A DNA stretch of 64,000 nucleotides from Kineosporiaceae bacterium (GTDB taxonomy: Bacteria; Actinomycetota; Actinomycetes; Actinomycetales; Kineosporiaceae), in NCBI GenBank assembly GCA_016713225.1, contig JADJPO010000002.1, positions 107,844 to 171,843 on the forward strand, given 5' to 3'. Under the pieces are notes generated by a model. It made no database searches. It had not been told where the DNA came from and was given only the letters and a program-made list of their open reading frames with translations. This document shows positions 26,339-35,448 of this stretch, piece by piece (position 1 is the first letter of the stretch; every line of letters begins with the position of its first letter). The position numbers were made by a program, and so were the translations under genes.

Positions 26339-28012
26339 CCCGACTTGGCTCACGTTTGGTGATCTTGGTGTGTTGCGGGGCTGTGACCTGCGGCGACGTT
26401 GATTGATCATGGGTTTGGTGTGCACTAGCCGGGGGGTGTGGGTCGTAGGCTCGGTGGGTGTCTCCTTACGTTCGGACGGTGCGGACGTCTTCGGGTGCGC
26501 GGGCGGTGCAGATCGTGCACTCGTCGCGGCGGGGGTCGCGGGAGATCACTCATGTCGGGTCGGCGCACACCGATGCCGAGTGGGAGGTGTTGAAGGCCGC
26601 GGCGTGGCAGCAGGTGGCGGCCGGGCAGGGTGAGCTCGACCTCGGCCTGGAGGGTGGGTCGGGTGGGTCTGCTGGTCGGGGTGCTCCGTTGCCGATCACG
26701 GCCTCGCGGATGGGGTACCTGTGGGAGGCGTTGAGTCGTGCCTACCAGGTCCTGGGGTTCGATGCCGCGGCCGGTGGGGACGGGGTGTTCCGGGATCTGG
26801 TGCTGGCCCGGATCATCGAGCCGACCAGCAAGCTCGACGCGGCCCGGGTGTTGGAGGAGGCGGGTGTGCCGGCCGCGTCGTATGCGACGTTGAAGCGGCG
26901 ACTTCCGATGTATGCCAAGGCGTCCTGGCAGCAGAAGCTGTCCGCGGCATGCGCCGCCCATGCCGGGCTGGGTCCGGCCAGCCTGGTCCTGTTCGACGTG
27001 TCCACCCTGTATTTCGAGACCGATCAGGGAGACGGGTTCCGGGAGAGCGGATTCTCCAAGGAACGCCGCCTGGAACCACAGATCACGATCGGCCTGCTCA
27101 CCGACGCATCGGGATTCCCGTTGGCGGTCAACGCGTTCGAGGGCAACAAGGCGGAGAAGGCCACCATGCTCCCGGTCATCGAGGCCTTCATGCGCGCTCA
27201 CCAACTCAGAGACGTGACGGTGGTCGCCGACGCCGGGATGATCTCCGCGGCCAACCAGGAGGCGATCGAGGAAGCGGGCCTGTCGTTCATCCTCGCCGTG
27301 AAGATCCCCGAACTGCCCTACTGCGTGCGGACCTGGCAGGCCAAGAACCCCGGTGAGCCGTTCACCGACGGGCAGATCTTCACCCAACCCTGGCCCGCCG
27401 GCGCCAAGGACACCCGCCGCGACCAGGTCATCTACTACCAGTACCGCGCTGATCGTGGCCGGCGCACGCTACGCGGCATCGACGAACAGGTCGCCAAGGC
27501 CGAGAAGGCCGTCGCCGGCAAGACCGCCATCAAACGGAACCGGTTCGTCAAACTCACCGGCGCCGACAAGAGCGTCAACCGCGCCCTGGAAACCAAGGCC
27601 CGGTCCCTGGCCGGGATCAAGGGCTACGTCACCAACCTGGCCGCCTGCCCCGACGGCACCGCGATCACCGCCGACTTCGTGATCGGCGCCTACCACCGGC
27701 TCTACCTGATCGAGAAGGCCTTCCGCATGTCCAAGCACGACCTGGCAGCCCGACCGATCTACCACCACAAGAAGGAATCGATCGAAGCCCACCTGACCAT
27801 CGTGTTCGCCGCCCTGGCCATCTCCCACTGGATCGAGACCACCACCGACTGGTCGATCAAGAAGTTCGTGCGGACCCTGCGGCGCTACCGCACCATCACC
27901 ATCCAGGCCGGCGCCCACACCATCACCGCCGAAGACCCCCTACCGCACGAGATCCGCGACATCATCACCAAGATCAACTCAACCGGACGACACTAGCCTG
28001 AGCCAAGTCGGG
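26339..28012 (+). mobile_element. IS1634-family (IS4-related) insertion sequence, 1674 bp
   Basis: Terminal inverted repeats are cccgacttggctca (26339-26352) and tgagccaagtcggg (27999-28012). It has a single 512-aa transposase ORF and is flanked by a 134-bp direct duplication. Confidence 0.85.
26458..27996 (+). CDS. IS1634-family DDE transposase
   Basis: The N-terminus MSPYVRTVRTSSGARAVQIVHSSRRGSREITHVGSAH is the hallmark start of IS1634-type transposases as I recall them. It is 512 aa and intact. Confidence 0.85.
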   Translation: MSPYVRTVRTSSGARAVQIVHSSRRGSREITHVGSAHTDAEWEVLKAAAWQQVAAGQGELDLGLEGGSGGSAGRGAPLPITASRMGYLWEALSRAYQVLGFDAAAGGDGVFRDLVLARIIEPTSKLDAARVLEEAGVPAASYATLKRRLPMYAKASWQQKLSAACAAHAGLGPASLVLFDVSTLYFETDQGDGFRESGFSKERRLEPQITIGLLTDASGFPLAVNAFEGNKAEKATMLPVIEAFMRAHQLRDVTVVADAGMISAANQEAIEEAGLSFILAVKIPELPYCVRTWQAKNPGEPFTDGQIFTQPWPAGAKDTRRDQVIYYQYRADRGRRTLRGIDEQVAKAEKAVAGKTAIKRNRFVKLTGADKSVNRALETKARSLAGIKGYVTNLAACPDGTAITADFVIGAYHRLYLIEKAFRMSKHDLAARPIYHHKKESIEAHLTIVFAALAISHWIETTTDWSIKKFVRTLRRYRTITIQAGAHTITAEDPLPHEIRDIITKINSTGRH

Positions 28013-28146
28013 TCCAACGCCAGATCGGTATGGACACCCGCGCCATCCCCGCCGGCACGATCAGGGACTGGATCTGCCGGTCACTGCCTGACACCGGGCC
28101 GGCTGACACCGGCCGCGAGGGCGCCGGGCAGACGAGCTCGGCGGGA
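28013..28146 (+). repeat. 134-bp direct repeat, right copy
   Basis: It is identical to 26205-26338. Confidence 0.85.
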
Positions 28147-28571
28147 GGGCCGCTACGGTTCACCCCGCATGACTTTCGAAGGATCTTCATCACCGACGCC
28201 GTGCTGCACGGCATGCCACCCCACATCGCTCAACTCGTCGCCGGGCACCGGGACATCAACACCACCATGGGTTACAAGGCCGTCTATCCCGAGGAAGCGA
28301 TCAACGGCCACCACGCGTTCATCGCCCGTCGACGAGCCCTGCGACCCAGCGAGGAGTACCGCGCCCCGACTGATGCCGAGTGGCAGGAGTTCCTCGGCCA
28401 CTTCGAGCACCGCAAGGTCTCCCTGGGCACCTGCGGGCGCTCCTACGCCACCGCCTGCATCCACGAACACTCCTGCCTGCGCTGCCCGCTGCTGCGCCCC
28501 GATCCCGCTCAACGCCACCGCCTCGTCGACGTCCGAGACAACCTCATCGCCCGGATCGACGAGGCTCGCCG
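28147..28571 (+). pseudogene. Tyrosine recombinase gene, fragment 2 of 3 (catalytic C-terminal region)
   Basis: It carries RFTPHDFRRIFITDAVLHGMPPHIAQLVAGHRDINTTMGYKAVY (HxxR, GH and catalytic Y blocks) followed by the Cys-rich extension CIHEHSCLRCPLLRPDP. The reading frame breaks at the IS256/IS21 insertion point. Confidence 0.8.
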
Positions 28572-28576
28572 TGTCG

Positions 28577-29994
28577 GGTCTGTAGGGCCAACGGTGTAAC
28601 CGGCCTGACGGGTAGACCAGCGTGTCTGCCAGGAAGGTCCAGTGATGGCCGACAAGATGCAGGGCATGAATGCTCTGGCTAAGAGAATCGAGATGTCTGA
28701 GCTCAAGCCTGGTGATGCTGAGCGGGCCGCGATCCGGGAGATGGTGAAATCTGCCAAGGATCGTGGTCTTGCTTTGACCGGGCCGGATGGCTTGTTGAAG
28801 ATCCTCACCAAGACGGTGCTGGAAACAGCGCTGGATGAGGAAATGACCGGTCACCTCGGTTATGAGAAGCACGCCGTGGAAGGCCGCGACGGCGGGAATT
28901 CCCGTAACGGGATCCGGTCGAAGACGGTGTTGACTGATTCGGTCGGGCCGATCGAGATCGATGTCCCGCGGGACCGGGATGGAAGTTTCGATCCGGTCAT
29001 TGTGAAGAAACGTCAGCGCCGGATGGGTGATGTCGATGCGATCGTCTTGTCGCTGTATGCGCGCGGGTTGACCACCGGTGAGATCAGCGCACATTTCGCG
29101 GAGGTCTACGGCGCGAGTGTGTCGAAGAATGTGGTCTCGGCGATCACCGATCAGGTGATCGAGGAAATGACGGAATGGTCGACCCGGCCGTTGGCCTCGC
29201 ACTACGTGGCCGTGTTCGTCGACGCGGTGCATGTGAAGGTCCGGGACGGGCAGGTCGCCAACCGGCCCTTCTACGCGGCCATCGGCGTGGACCTGCAGGG
29301 CCGCAGGGACGTGCTGGGCCTGTGGGCCGGCACCGCCGGGATGGGTGAGTCGTCCAAGTATTGGATCTCTATCTTAACCGAGTTGAAGAATCGTGGGGTG
29401 ATCGACATCTTCTACCTGGTCTGTGACGGCTTGAAAGGCATGCCCGATTCAGTGAACACGATCTATCCCGACACGATCGTGCAGACCTGTGTCGTGCATC
29501 TGATCCGGAACACGTTCCGGTATTCCTCGAAGAGGTATTGGGGTGAGCTCGCCCGGGACGTGAAAGCGATCTATACGGCGGTGGACGCCACGGCGGCGTG
29601 GGCGGCGTTCGAATCGTTGGAGGAGAAATGGGGGAAGCAGTATCCCGCGATCAGTAACCTGTGGCGGAATGCCTGGGAGAACTTCATCCCATTCTTGGAC
29701 TACGACATCGAGATCCGCAGACTGCTCTGCTCGACGAACGCGATTGAATCGATGAATGCCCGGTATCGGCGGTCCGTGGACGCGAAAGGTCATTTCCCCA
29801 CCGAGCAGGCAGCCATGAAAACCCTGTACTTGACCACCCGTAGCCTCGACCCGAAAGGAACCGGACAGAAACGATGGATCACCCGCTGGAAACCCGTCCT
29901 GAACGTCCTGGCGGTCGTTTTCGCCGACCGCATGCCCACCCCTGCTAGCCTCTAAAACACCAACCGCCGGTTACACCGTTGCGCCCACAGTCTC
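28577..29994 (+). mobile_element. IS256-family insertion sequence (~1.4 kb)
   Basis: Imperfect terminal repeats GGTCTGTAGGGCCAACGGTGTAACCGG and (reverse complement) GAGACTGTGGGCGCAACGGTGTAACCGG bound it. It is flanked by direct repeats of up to 12 bp (CTCGCCGTGTCG at 28565-28576 and 29992-30003). Exact ends are good to plus or minus 3 nt. Confidence 0.8.
28642..29955 (+). CDS. IS256-family (Mutator-type) transposase
   Basis: 437 aa. LTGPDGLLKILTKTVLETALDEEMTGHLGYEKH...NSRNG...DRDGSF and the later blocks DGLKG and CVVHLIRN are typical of IS256 transposases. Confidence 0.9.
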   Translation: MMADKMQGMNALAKRIEMSELKPGDAERAAIREMVKSAKDRGLALTGPDGLLKILTKTVLETALDEEMTGHLGYEKHAVEGRDGGNSRNGIRSKTVLTDSVGPIEIDVPRDRDGSFDPVIVKKRQRRMGDVDAIVLSLYARGLTTGEISAHFAEVYGASVSKNVVSAITDQVIEEMTEWSTRPLASHYVAVFVDAVHVKVRDGQVANRPFYAAIGVDLQGRRDVLGLWAGTAGMGESSKYWISILTELKNRGVIDIFYLVCDGLKGMPDSVNTIYPDTIVQTCVVHLIRNTFRYSSKRYWGELARDVKAIYTAVDATAAWAAFESLEEKWGKQYPAISNLWRNAWENFIPFLDYDIEIRRLLCSTNAIESMNARYRRSVDAKGHFPTEQAAMKTLYLTTRSLDPKGTGQKRWITRWKPVLNVLAVVFADRMPTPASL

Positions 29995-30066
29995 GCCGTG
30001 TCGCTTGCCAGCGTGATGGGACCACCCGTTCTGCCACGAGGATGGGACCACTGTGGGGCGGCTTGA

Positions 30067-30894
30067 TCATGGGGTTCGGTCGCTGTCGGGGTCAAGCCGG
30101 GCAGGTGCTGGGGCGTGGGGGCGTTGCCGGTAGGAGGGTCCGTCGAGGATCAGGGTGTGGGCGTGGCCGGTGAGCCGGTCCACGGCTGCTTGGGCCAGGA
30201 GCTGGTCGCTCGTCATTGCGAGCCACTCAGACGGGTCCCGGTTGCTGGTCACGATCGTCGACGCGGCTCTCGCGTGGCGTTCGACGGCGAGTTCGTAGAA
30301 GTCGTTCGTGGTGACCGGATCCAGGGCCTTCAGCGCGAAGTCGTCGATGATCAGTAGGTCGAGGCGGGCGAGCCGGCGGAACTCGGTCTCCAGGGTTTGG
30401 TCGAGGCGCGCGGCGCGCAGGCGGGTGAACAGCTTCTCCGCGCGGACCATGTGCACGGTGTGCCGGCGACGGACCGCGATGTGGCCCAGGGCATTCGCGC
30501 AGTGACTCTTCCCGACGCCGACCGGGCCCAGGACGAGCAGATTGTGGCCGGCGTCCAGGAACCGCAACGAGATCAGGTCAGCGAACGCGGCCCGGTCGTA
30601 GATCAGGTCGGCGGGTTCGGTCCAGGTCTCGATCCGCATCCGAGGGATCAGCCCCGCCCGGGTGGCCCGGGTCGCCGCGGAGCGGTTCTCCCGGCGGGCG
30701 ACCTCGTCGCCCAGGATCTGCTCCAGGAACTGGTGATGAGACAGCTGCCGACTCTTGGCCAGCAGGAGCCGCTCGGGGAGGGTGTCCTTCAGCCCGGACA
30801 GCTTCAACGCCCGCAGCAGCGCCAACAGATCGCTGCCCAGCGGATCCACCGGCATCGTCGTATTCGGCGGGATGGTCGGGGTGGTCAGGGTCAT
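30067..30894 (-). CDS. istB: IS21-family helper ATPase IstB
   Basis: 275 aa with Walker A GPVGVGKSH and Walker B LLIIDDF. Its start overlaps the istA stop (ATGA). Confidence 0.9.
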   Translation of the reverse strand: MTLTTPTIPPNTTMPVDPLGSDLLALLRALKLSGLKDTLPERLLLAKSRQLSHHQFLEQILGDEVARRENRSAATRATRAGLIPRMRIETWTEPADLIYDRAAFADLISLRFLDAGHNLLVLGPVGVGKSHCANALGHIAVRRRHTVHMVRAEKLFTRLRAARLDQTLETEFRRLARLDLLIIDDFALKALDPVTTNDFYELAVERHARAASTIVTSNRDPSEWLAMTSDQLLAQAAVDRLTGHAHTLILDGPSYRQRPHAPAPARLDPDSDRTP

Positions 30895-31838
30895 GGGGTG
30901 AGGTCCTCCTCGATGGGGTCGGGCACGACGGTCAGACGCCGCCGCGGATTGTTGAGCGAGGTCGTGAACTCGGCGGGGTCGCGGGCGAACCGGCCCGAGA
31001 TCCCCGCGCTGGTGGGCAGCTGCGGTGGGGTGGTCTCCAGGGCCCGAGCGAGCATCGCGGCGATCTTCGCCACGGAGACCACGTCGAGGTCCAACGCTGT
31101 GCGGCAGGCGTCCTCGACGGGGCCGGGACCGTAGCGGCGGACCAGGCCGAGCAGGCGGTAGACGCTGCGCATCCGGGTCCAGGGCAACGGCTCGTCCAAC
31201 AGCCGCTGGACGTAGATCCCGATGTGGTGGCCGTGGCGCTGCGCGGTGGCGTGGAGGCGGTCCAGGTCGCGCATCGCATACCCGACCCGCTCCACCGGCA
31301 GGTCGCTCGGGTCGGTGGAGCGGCCGCCGGGCGGTTGGCGGGGGTGGGTCTTGATCAGGCGGCCGCGGTGGAACAGCTTCACCAGATCACGGTCGGCGCG
31401 GGCGTCCAGGTGGGTGCCGATCCAGTCGGTGGGGACCGAGTACAACGCCTTGGCGATCTCCACGTGGTGGTCGCGGTGCACCTTCACCACCCGCAGCACC
31501 GGCACGTCATAGGCCGCCGGGACCGGCAGCAGGACCGGCGCCTCTAGGTCGGTGAACACCTCCAGCGGCCGCGCAGCCAGGGTGCCGTGCATCCGCATCC
31601 CGGCGACCTCGCGGCACCACCGCGTGGCGGCGGCCTGCGCGGTGGCGAGGTCGGTGAAGGCTTCGCCGGCCCAGAAGTTGCCGCGGACGTACTGCACGAC
31701 CCGCTCGACCCGGGGTTTGTCCTGCGGCGCCCGGACCCGGGCGGGGTCGGTGGCGAACCCGGCGTGCTGGGCATAGTCCAACCACCCGATCGACAACCTC
31801 GGTGTCACCGCGTCAGCCTGGGTGACAACGGGTTTGAG
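30891..31838 (-). pseudogene. istA: IS21-family transposase IstA, C-terminal part (gene split by ISL3 insertion)
   Basis: It reads KPVVTQADAVTPRLSIGWLDYAQHAGF...PRVERVVQYVRGNFWAG. Joined to 33322-34016 across the ISL3 element, it gives VLVPDNLKP|VVTQAD. Confidence 0.85.
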
Positions 31839-33321
31839 GGCTCTTCGTAGTTCCGCGTGATGTCCTGTGTTGATCAAGGTGTTCACGCTGCCGTCCGGGC
31901 GGCGCTGGCCAGGAGGATACGGGCCTTGTAGTGGCTCTCGTTCCGAAATCCTCGGCCGGTCCGCTTGATGTGCTTGATCCCGGTGTTCGCGGCTTCGGTG
32001 CGGGCGTTGGTGACGCCGGTGATGATGGCGACCTCGATGTGCGGCCACCAGGTGCAGATCGTCGCCCACAGCCGGTCGGTCTCCGGCATGCGTGCGGTCA
32101 GGACGTAGGCGCCCAGGCGCATCTTCTCCTCCTGGGCGGTGGCCAGGCTGGAGCAGGCCAGCAGGCGGCGGAGCTGTTCCTTCACGGCCCAGGCCGCGCC
32201 GAGCTCGTCGGTCGGGTCATCGGCGGTGAACGTGCGCCGCAGCCGGGCCAACGCCTTCGGGGACAGGGTGTCACCGGCGCGCAGCAGCAGCCGCCGGTTC
32301 GCCCACGCCGCGTCCCGGCGCCGGCCCCGGCGACCGAACCGTTCCCGGATCACCCGTTGCCGGACCTGGGTCAACGCGTCGCCTGCGAGCTTGACCAGAT
32401 GGAACACATCGACCGCGACCGCGGCCTCGGGCAGGTGCTCGCTGATCGCCTTGCGGTAGGCCGCGGACGGGTCGATCGCGACCACCTCGATGCCTGCTCG
32501 CCAGGTGTCGGTGCGTCCGGCCAGCCAGTCCCCGGCCCCCCGTCGAGGTGCGCCCGTCGACCACGGCGAGGACCTGCCCGGTGTCCAGGTCGACCAGGGT
32601 GGTCATCCACGGCTCCCTGCGCTTCCACGCGCCGTGCTCGTCGCGGAAGAACCGGACCGACCGGTAACGGTGCTCATCGATCCCGAGCCGGCGCACCATC
32701 GTGGCGTCGACAGCCGGCAGCACCAGGACGGCCGCGTTCACCGATGCCTGCACGGTCCACCAAGCGATGCCGTACGCGGCGGCGACCTCGACCACGGCCC
32801 GCCCCGAGCAGATCACCGCGTCCAGCACCGCCCCCCGAAGCCGGGTCGTGGCCTTCGCCCGCAACGGGACCTCATCGGTGACCTCGGCGAACGTCCGCTT
32901 CCCGCACAGGGTTTCGGCGCAGACGAACCTGCGCCGGCGCAGGACCACCTCCACCCGGCCGGCGACCGGGATGTCCCGCAGCCGCGAGGCACGGACCTGA
33001 TGCACCCGGTCCGACAGCACCCCACAGGCCGGGCACGCCGCCTCTGCGGCCTCCGAGGCGATCGTGACCACCCGCACCGGGCAGCCGTCGTCGTCGACAT
33101 CGTCGACCGCCTGCACGACGCGGTAGCCGGGCAGGTCGAACAGCACACTCGCCGCATCCCGCGGCAAGCCCGTAGGCTCGAACATGGCTCGTGGTCCCTC
33201 GACTGGATGAGTGCCTCGCAACACCCATCCCAGCGCAGGACCACGAGCCCCCTACATCACCGGCCAGCCACCAACCCGCCGTGTCGTGATCATGAAACTC
33301 CACGCTCAACTACCAAGAGCC
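31839..33321 (-). mobile_element. ISL3-family insertion sequence (1483 bp) inserted in istA
   Basis: Terminal repeats are GGCTCTTCGTAGTTCCGCGTG... and (reverse complement) GGCTCTTGGTAGTTGAGCGTG.... A perfect 8-bp target duplication GGTTTGAG lies at 31831-31838 and 33322-33329. Confidence 0.9.
31883..33185 (-). pseudogene. ISL3-family transposase with a 1-nt frameshift
   Basis: The N-terminal ORF (MFEPTGLPRDAASVLFDLPGYRVV...CPACG...) and C-terminal ORF (VVAIDPSAAYRKAI...TNARTEAANTGIKHIKRTGRGFRN) are in different frames. The switch maps to the C6 run at 32536-32541. Confidence 0.85.
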
Positions 33322-34016
33322 GGTTTGAGGTTGTCCGGGACGAGGACCTTGAACACGCCGCCGAAGAACGCCCACGCCGCCTCACAGCCGGCGATCACAT
33401 CGCTCAACGTCTGGCCGTGGGACAGGTGGACGTACATGTACCGGGACACCACCGCAGTGAAGATCAACGCGTGGACCTTGCGGCGCCGGCCCGGTGAGGC
33501 CTCTCCGGGCGGGTCGGGCTCGGCGAGGTAGCCCATCTGGGCGAAGTCGATCTGACACTCCACCCCCGGATCCCCATCGACCACCCGCACCGTCACCCGG
33601 CGGGCGCCGCGACCTTGGAAGCCGCACTGCGCGACCGCGAACCGGTGCAGCGTCCGATACGGCACCACCGTCCCGGACCGGGTCAACAGCTCACCGATCT
33701 TCACGATCGACAAGCCCTGCCCCACCCAATCGGTGACGTCCTGGCGACGGCCCAGCAGGACCTCCCACGCGGTCCCGTGCCCGTTCGGCCGGGCCGGGCG
33801 GACCACGTCGATCACCGCGCCGATCAGCGCATCATCCACCGCGCCCAGGTCGGCGTCGCGGGCCAGACCGGCTGCCTGCGCGGCCTCGACATAGCGGCGG
33901 GCGGTCTTGCGGTCCACGCCCGCTCGCTCGGCGATCGTGCGCAGCCCACCCCCGCCCAGCCAACCCCGCAGCACCTCACGGACCTCGACCACATCGACCT
34001 CCCGGAACGCCACCAC
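33322..34016 (-). pseudogene. istA: IS21-family transposase IstA, N-terminal part
   Basis: GTG start. It has an HTH region (LRTIAERAGVDRKTARRYV) and the start of the DDE core (ECQIDFAQMG, ALIFTAVVSRYMYV). Confidence 0.85.
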
Positions 34017-34174
34017 GACTCCTCACGCCCACCAGTACGACGTGACGATCGAAAGCGCCCCAGACCCAGCCCGTCCGTGGACGCGCCGAGTGGTCCCATA
34101 ACTGGCAGAACCAGTGGTCCCATGACCGTGGCAGAACTCAACTCACGGCGGTCCCATCACCGTGGCAGGCGACA

Positions 34175-34306
34175 CGCCGGGAGGGATGGCTCGGTGAAGT
34201 GGAAGGGCTGCAGATCAGCCTGGCCGGGGCCCGCGCCAAGCTCATCCAGCTCGACCAGATCACCAACCCCCGAGCGCCCGTCGGCCTCGGCCTACCGACC
34301 CGCTAA
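34175..34306 (+). pseudogene. Tyrosine recombinase gene, fragment 3 of 3 (C-terminal tail)
   Basis: After removing the IS elements and one CGCCG copy, the frame continues as IDEARREGWLGEVEGLQISLAGARAKLIQLDQI...TR-stop. Confidence 0.75.
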
Positions 34307-34329
34307 CACCCCCTGAAGATCAAGTTCAG

Positions 34330-35278
34330 TCAACAGGAGGACCTGGGGGCATCACCCGTTGACAGCCTGGTGCGACAACACCGGCGAGAACCTCGCACTG
34401 AAGCTGCGCACCGGGTCGGCGGGCAGCAACACCGTCACCGACCACCTCGAGGTCCTCACCGCCGCGATCGCCCAGATCCCTGCGAGCTTCCGCCGAGACC
34501 TGCTGATCACCTGCGACGGCGCCGGTGCCACCAAGGACCTCCTGACGCACATCACCACGCTGAACGCTGCGCCCGGGCGGCGGGTGCGCTACTCGGTCGG
34601 GTTCGACCTCGACCACCGGTGCCGGAGCGCGATCGACAAGGTCCCGGAAGCGTGTGGGAGAACGTCATCAACGCCGACGGTAGCGCACGTGACCCGGAGT
34701 ACGCCGGCGTCGTCGAGCTGACCGGCCTGCTGCGGGAATCCGCCGGCCCCGACGGCAAGGTCGTCGACCAGCTGAAGACCTGGCCGAAGGCCATGCGTGT
34801 CATCGTCCGCCGCGAACGCCCGCACCCCGGCGCGCAGCTGTCCCTGTTCGAGGAGGCCGACGGCTGGCGCTACCAGGTCTTCGCCACCAACACCCCCACC
34901 CGCATCGGCGGCAAGCTCGGGCAACTGGCCTACCTGGAGGCCCGCCACCGCGCCCACGCCCGAGTCGAGGACAGCATCCGCAACGCGAAGAGCACCGGGC
35001 TCGGCCATCTGCCCAGCAAGCACTACTCGCTCAATCAGGCCTGGTGCATCGCCGCCGCGATCGCCGTGGACCTGCTGGCCTGGCTACGGCTGCTGTGCCT
35101 GTCCGGCGACCTGGCCAAAGCCGAACCCAAGACGCTGCGCTACCGGCTGCTGCACACCGCCGCCCGCATCATCCGCGGCCAACGCCGACGCAGAATCCGC
35201 ATCCCCCAGACCTGGCCCTGGGCCCGCGAACTGGCCAGCGCGCTCACCACGGCGCTCACGCTGCCGATGACGACCTGA
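34330..35278 (+). pseudogene. IS1380-family transposase, 5'-truncated and frameshifted
   Basis: It reads GHHPLTAWCDNTGENLALKLRTGSAGSNT...RYSVGFD, then after a frame switch near 34640-34650 reads IVRRERPHPGAQLSLFEEADGWRYQVFATNT...RHRAHARVEDSIRNAKSTGL...AEPKTLRYRLLHTAARI. The N-terminal ~150 aa are missing. Confidence 0.75.
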
Positions 35279-35448
35279 ACCAGCGGCGCCCTGTCCGATT
35301 CGACCGAGGAACCCGCCCGGCCCGTGGAACCGGCGACCACCGACACGACAGCCGGGCCACCGCCACAACCTGAACCGCGATACAGGAGGTGAAGATCCAC
35401 ACAACTCGCTCCTGAAGGCCGGCTCACCTCACCCGCGAATGATCAAGG

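Larger units (their letters stand above)
29999..34174 (-). mobile_element. IS21-family insertion sequence carrying a nested ISL3-family element
   Basis: The ends are TGTCGCTTGCCAGCGTGATGGGACC... and ...GGTCCCATCACCGTGGCAGGCGACA, with repeated internal GGTCCCAT/TGGCAGAAC sites. A 5-bp target duplication CGCCG lies at 29994-29998 and 34175-34179. It has istA-istB organisation. Confidence 0.8.

Noticed and set aside
26395-33300. Scattered TGATCATG cores (for example 26405, 30065, 33288) as members of the same repeat family as 6461-6548 and 18640-18710
   Set aside because: Only the 8-nt palindromic core is shared and the flanks do not align. I cannot distinguish this from chance without a genome-wide count.
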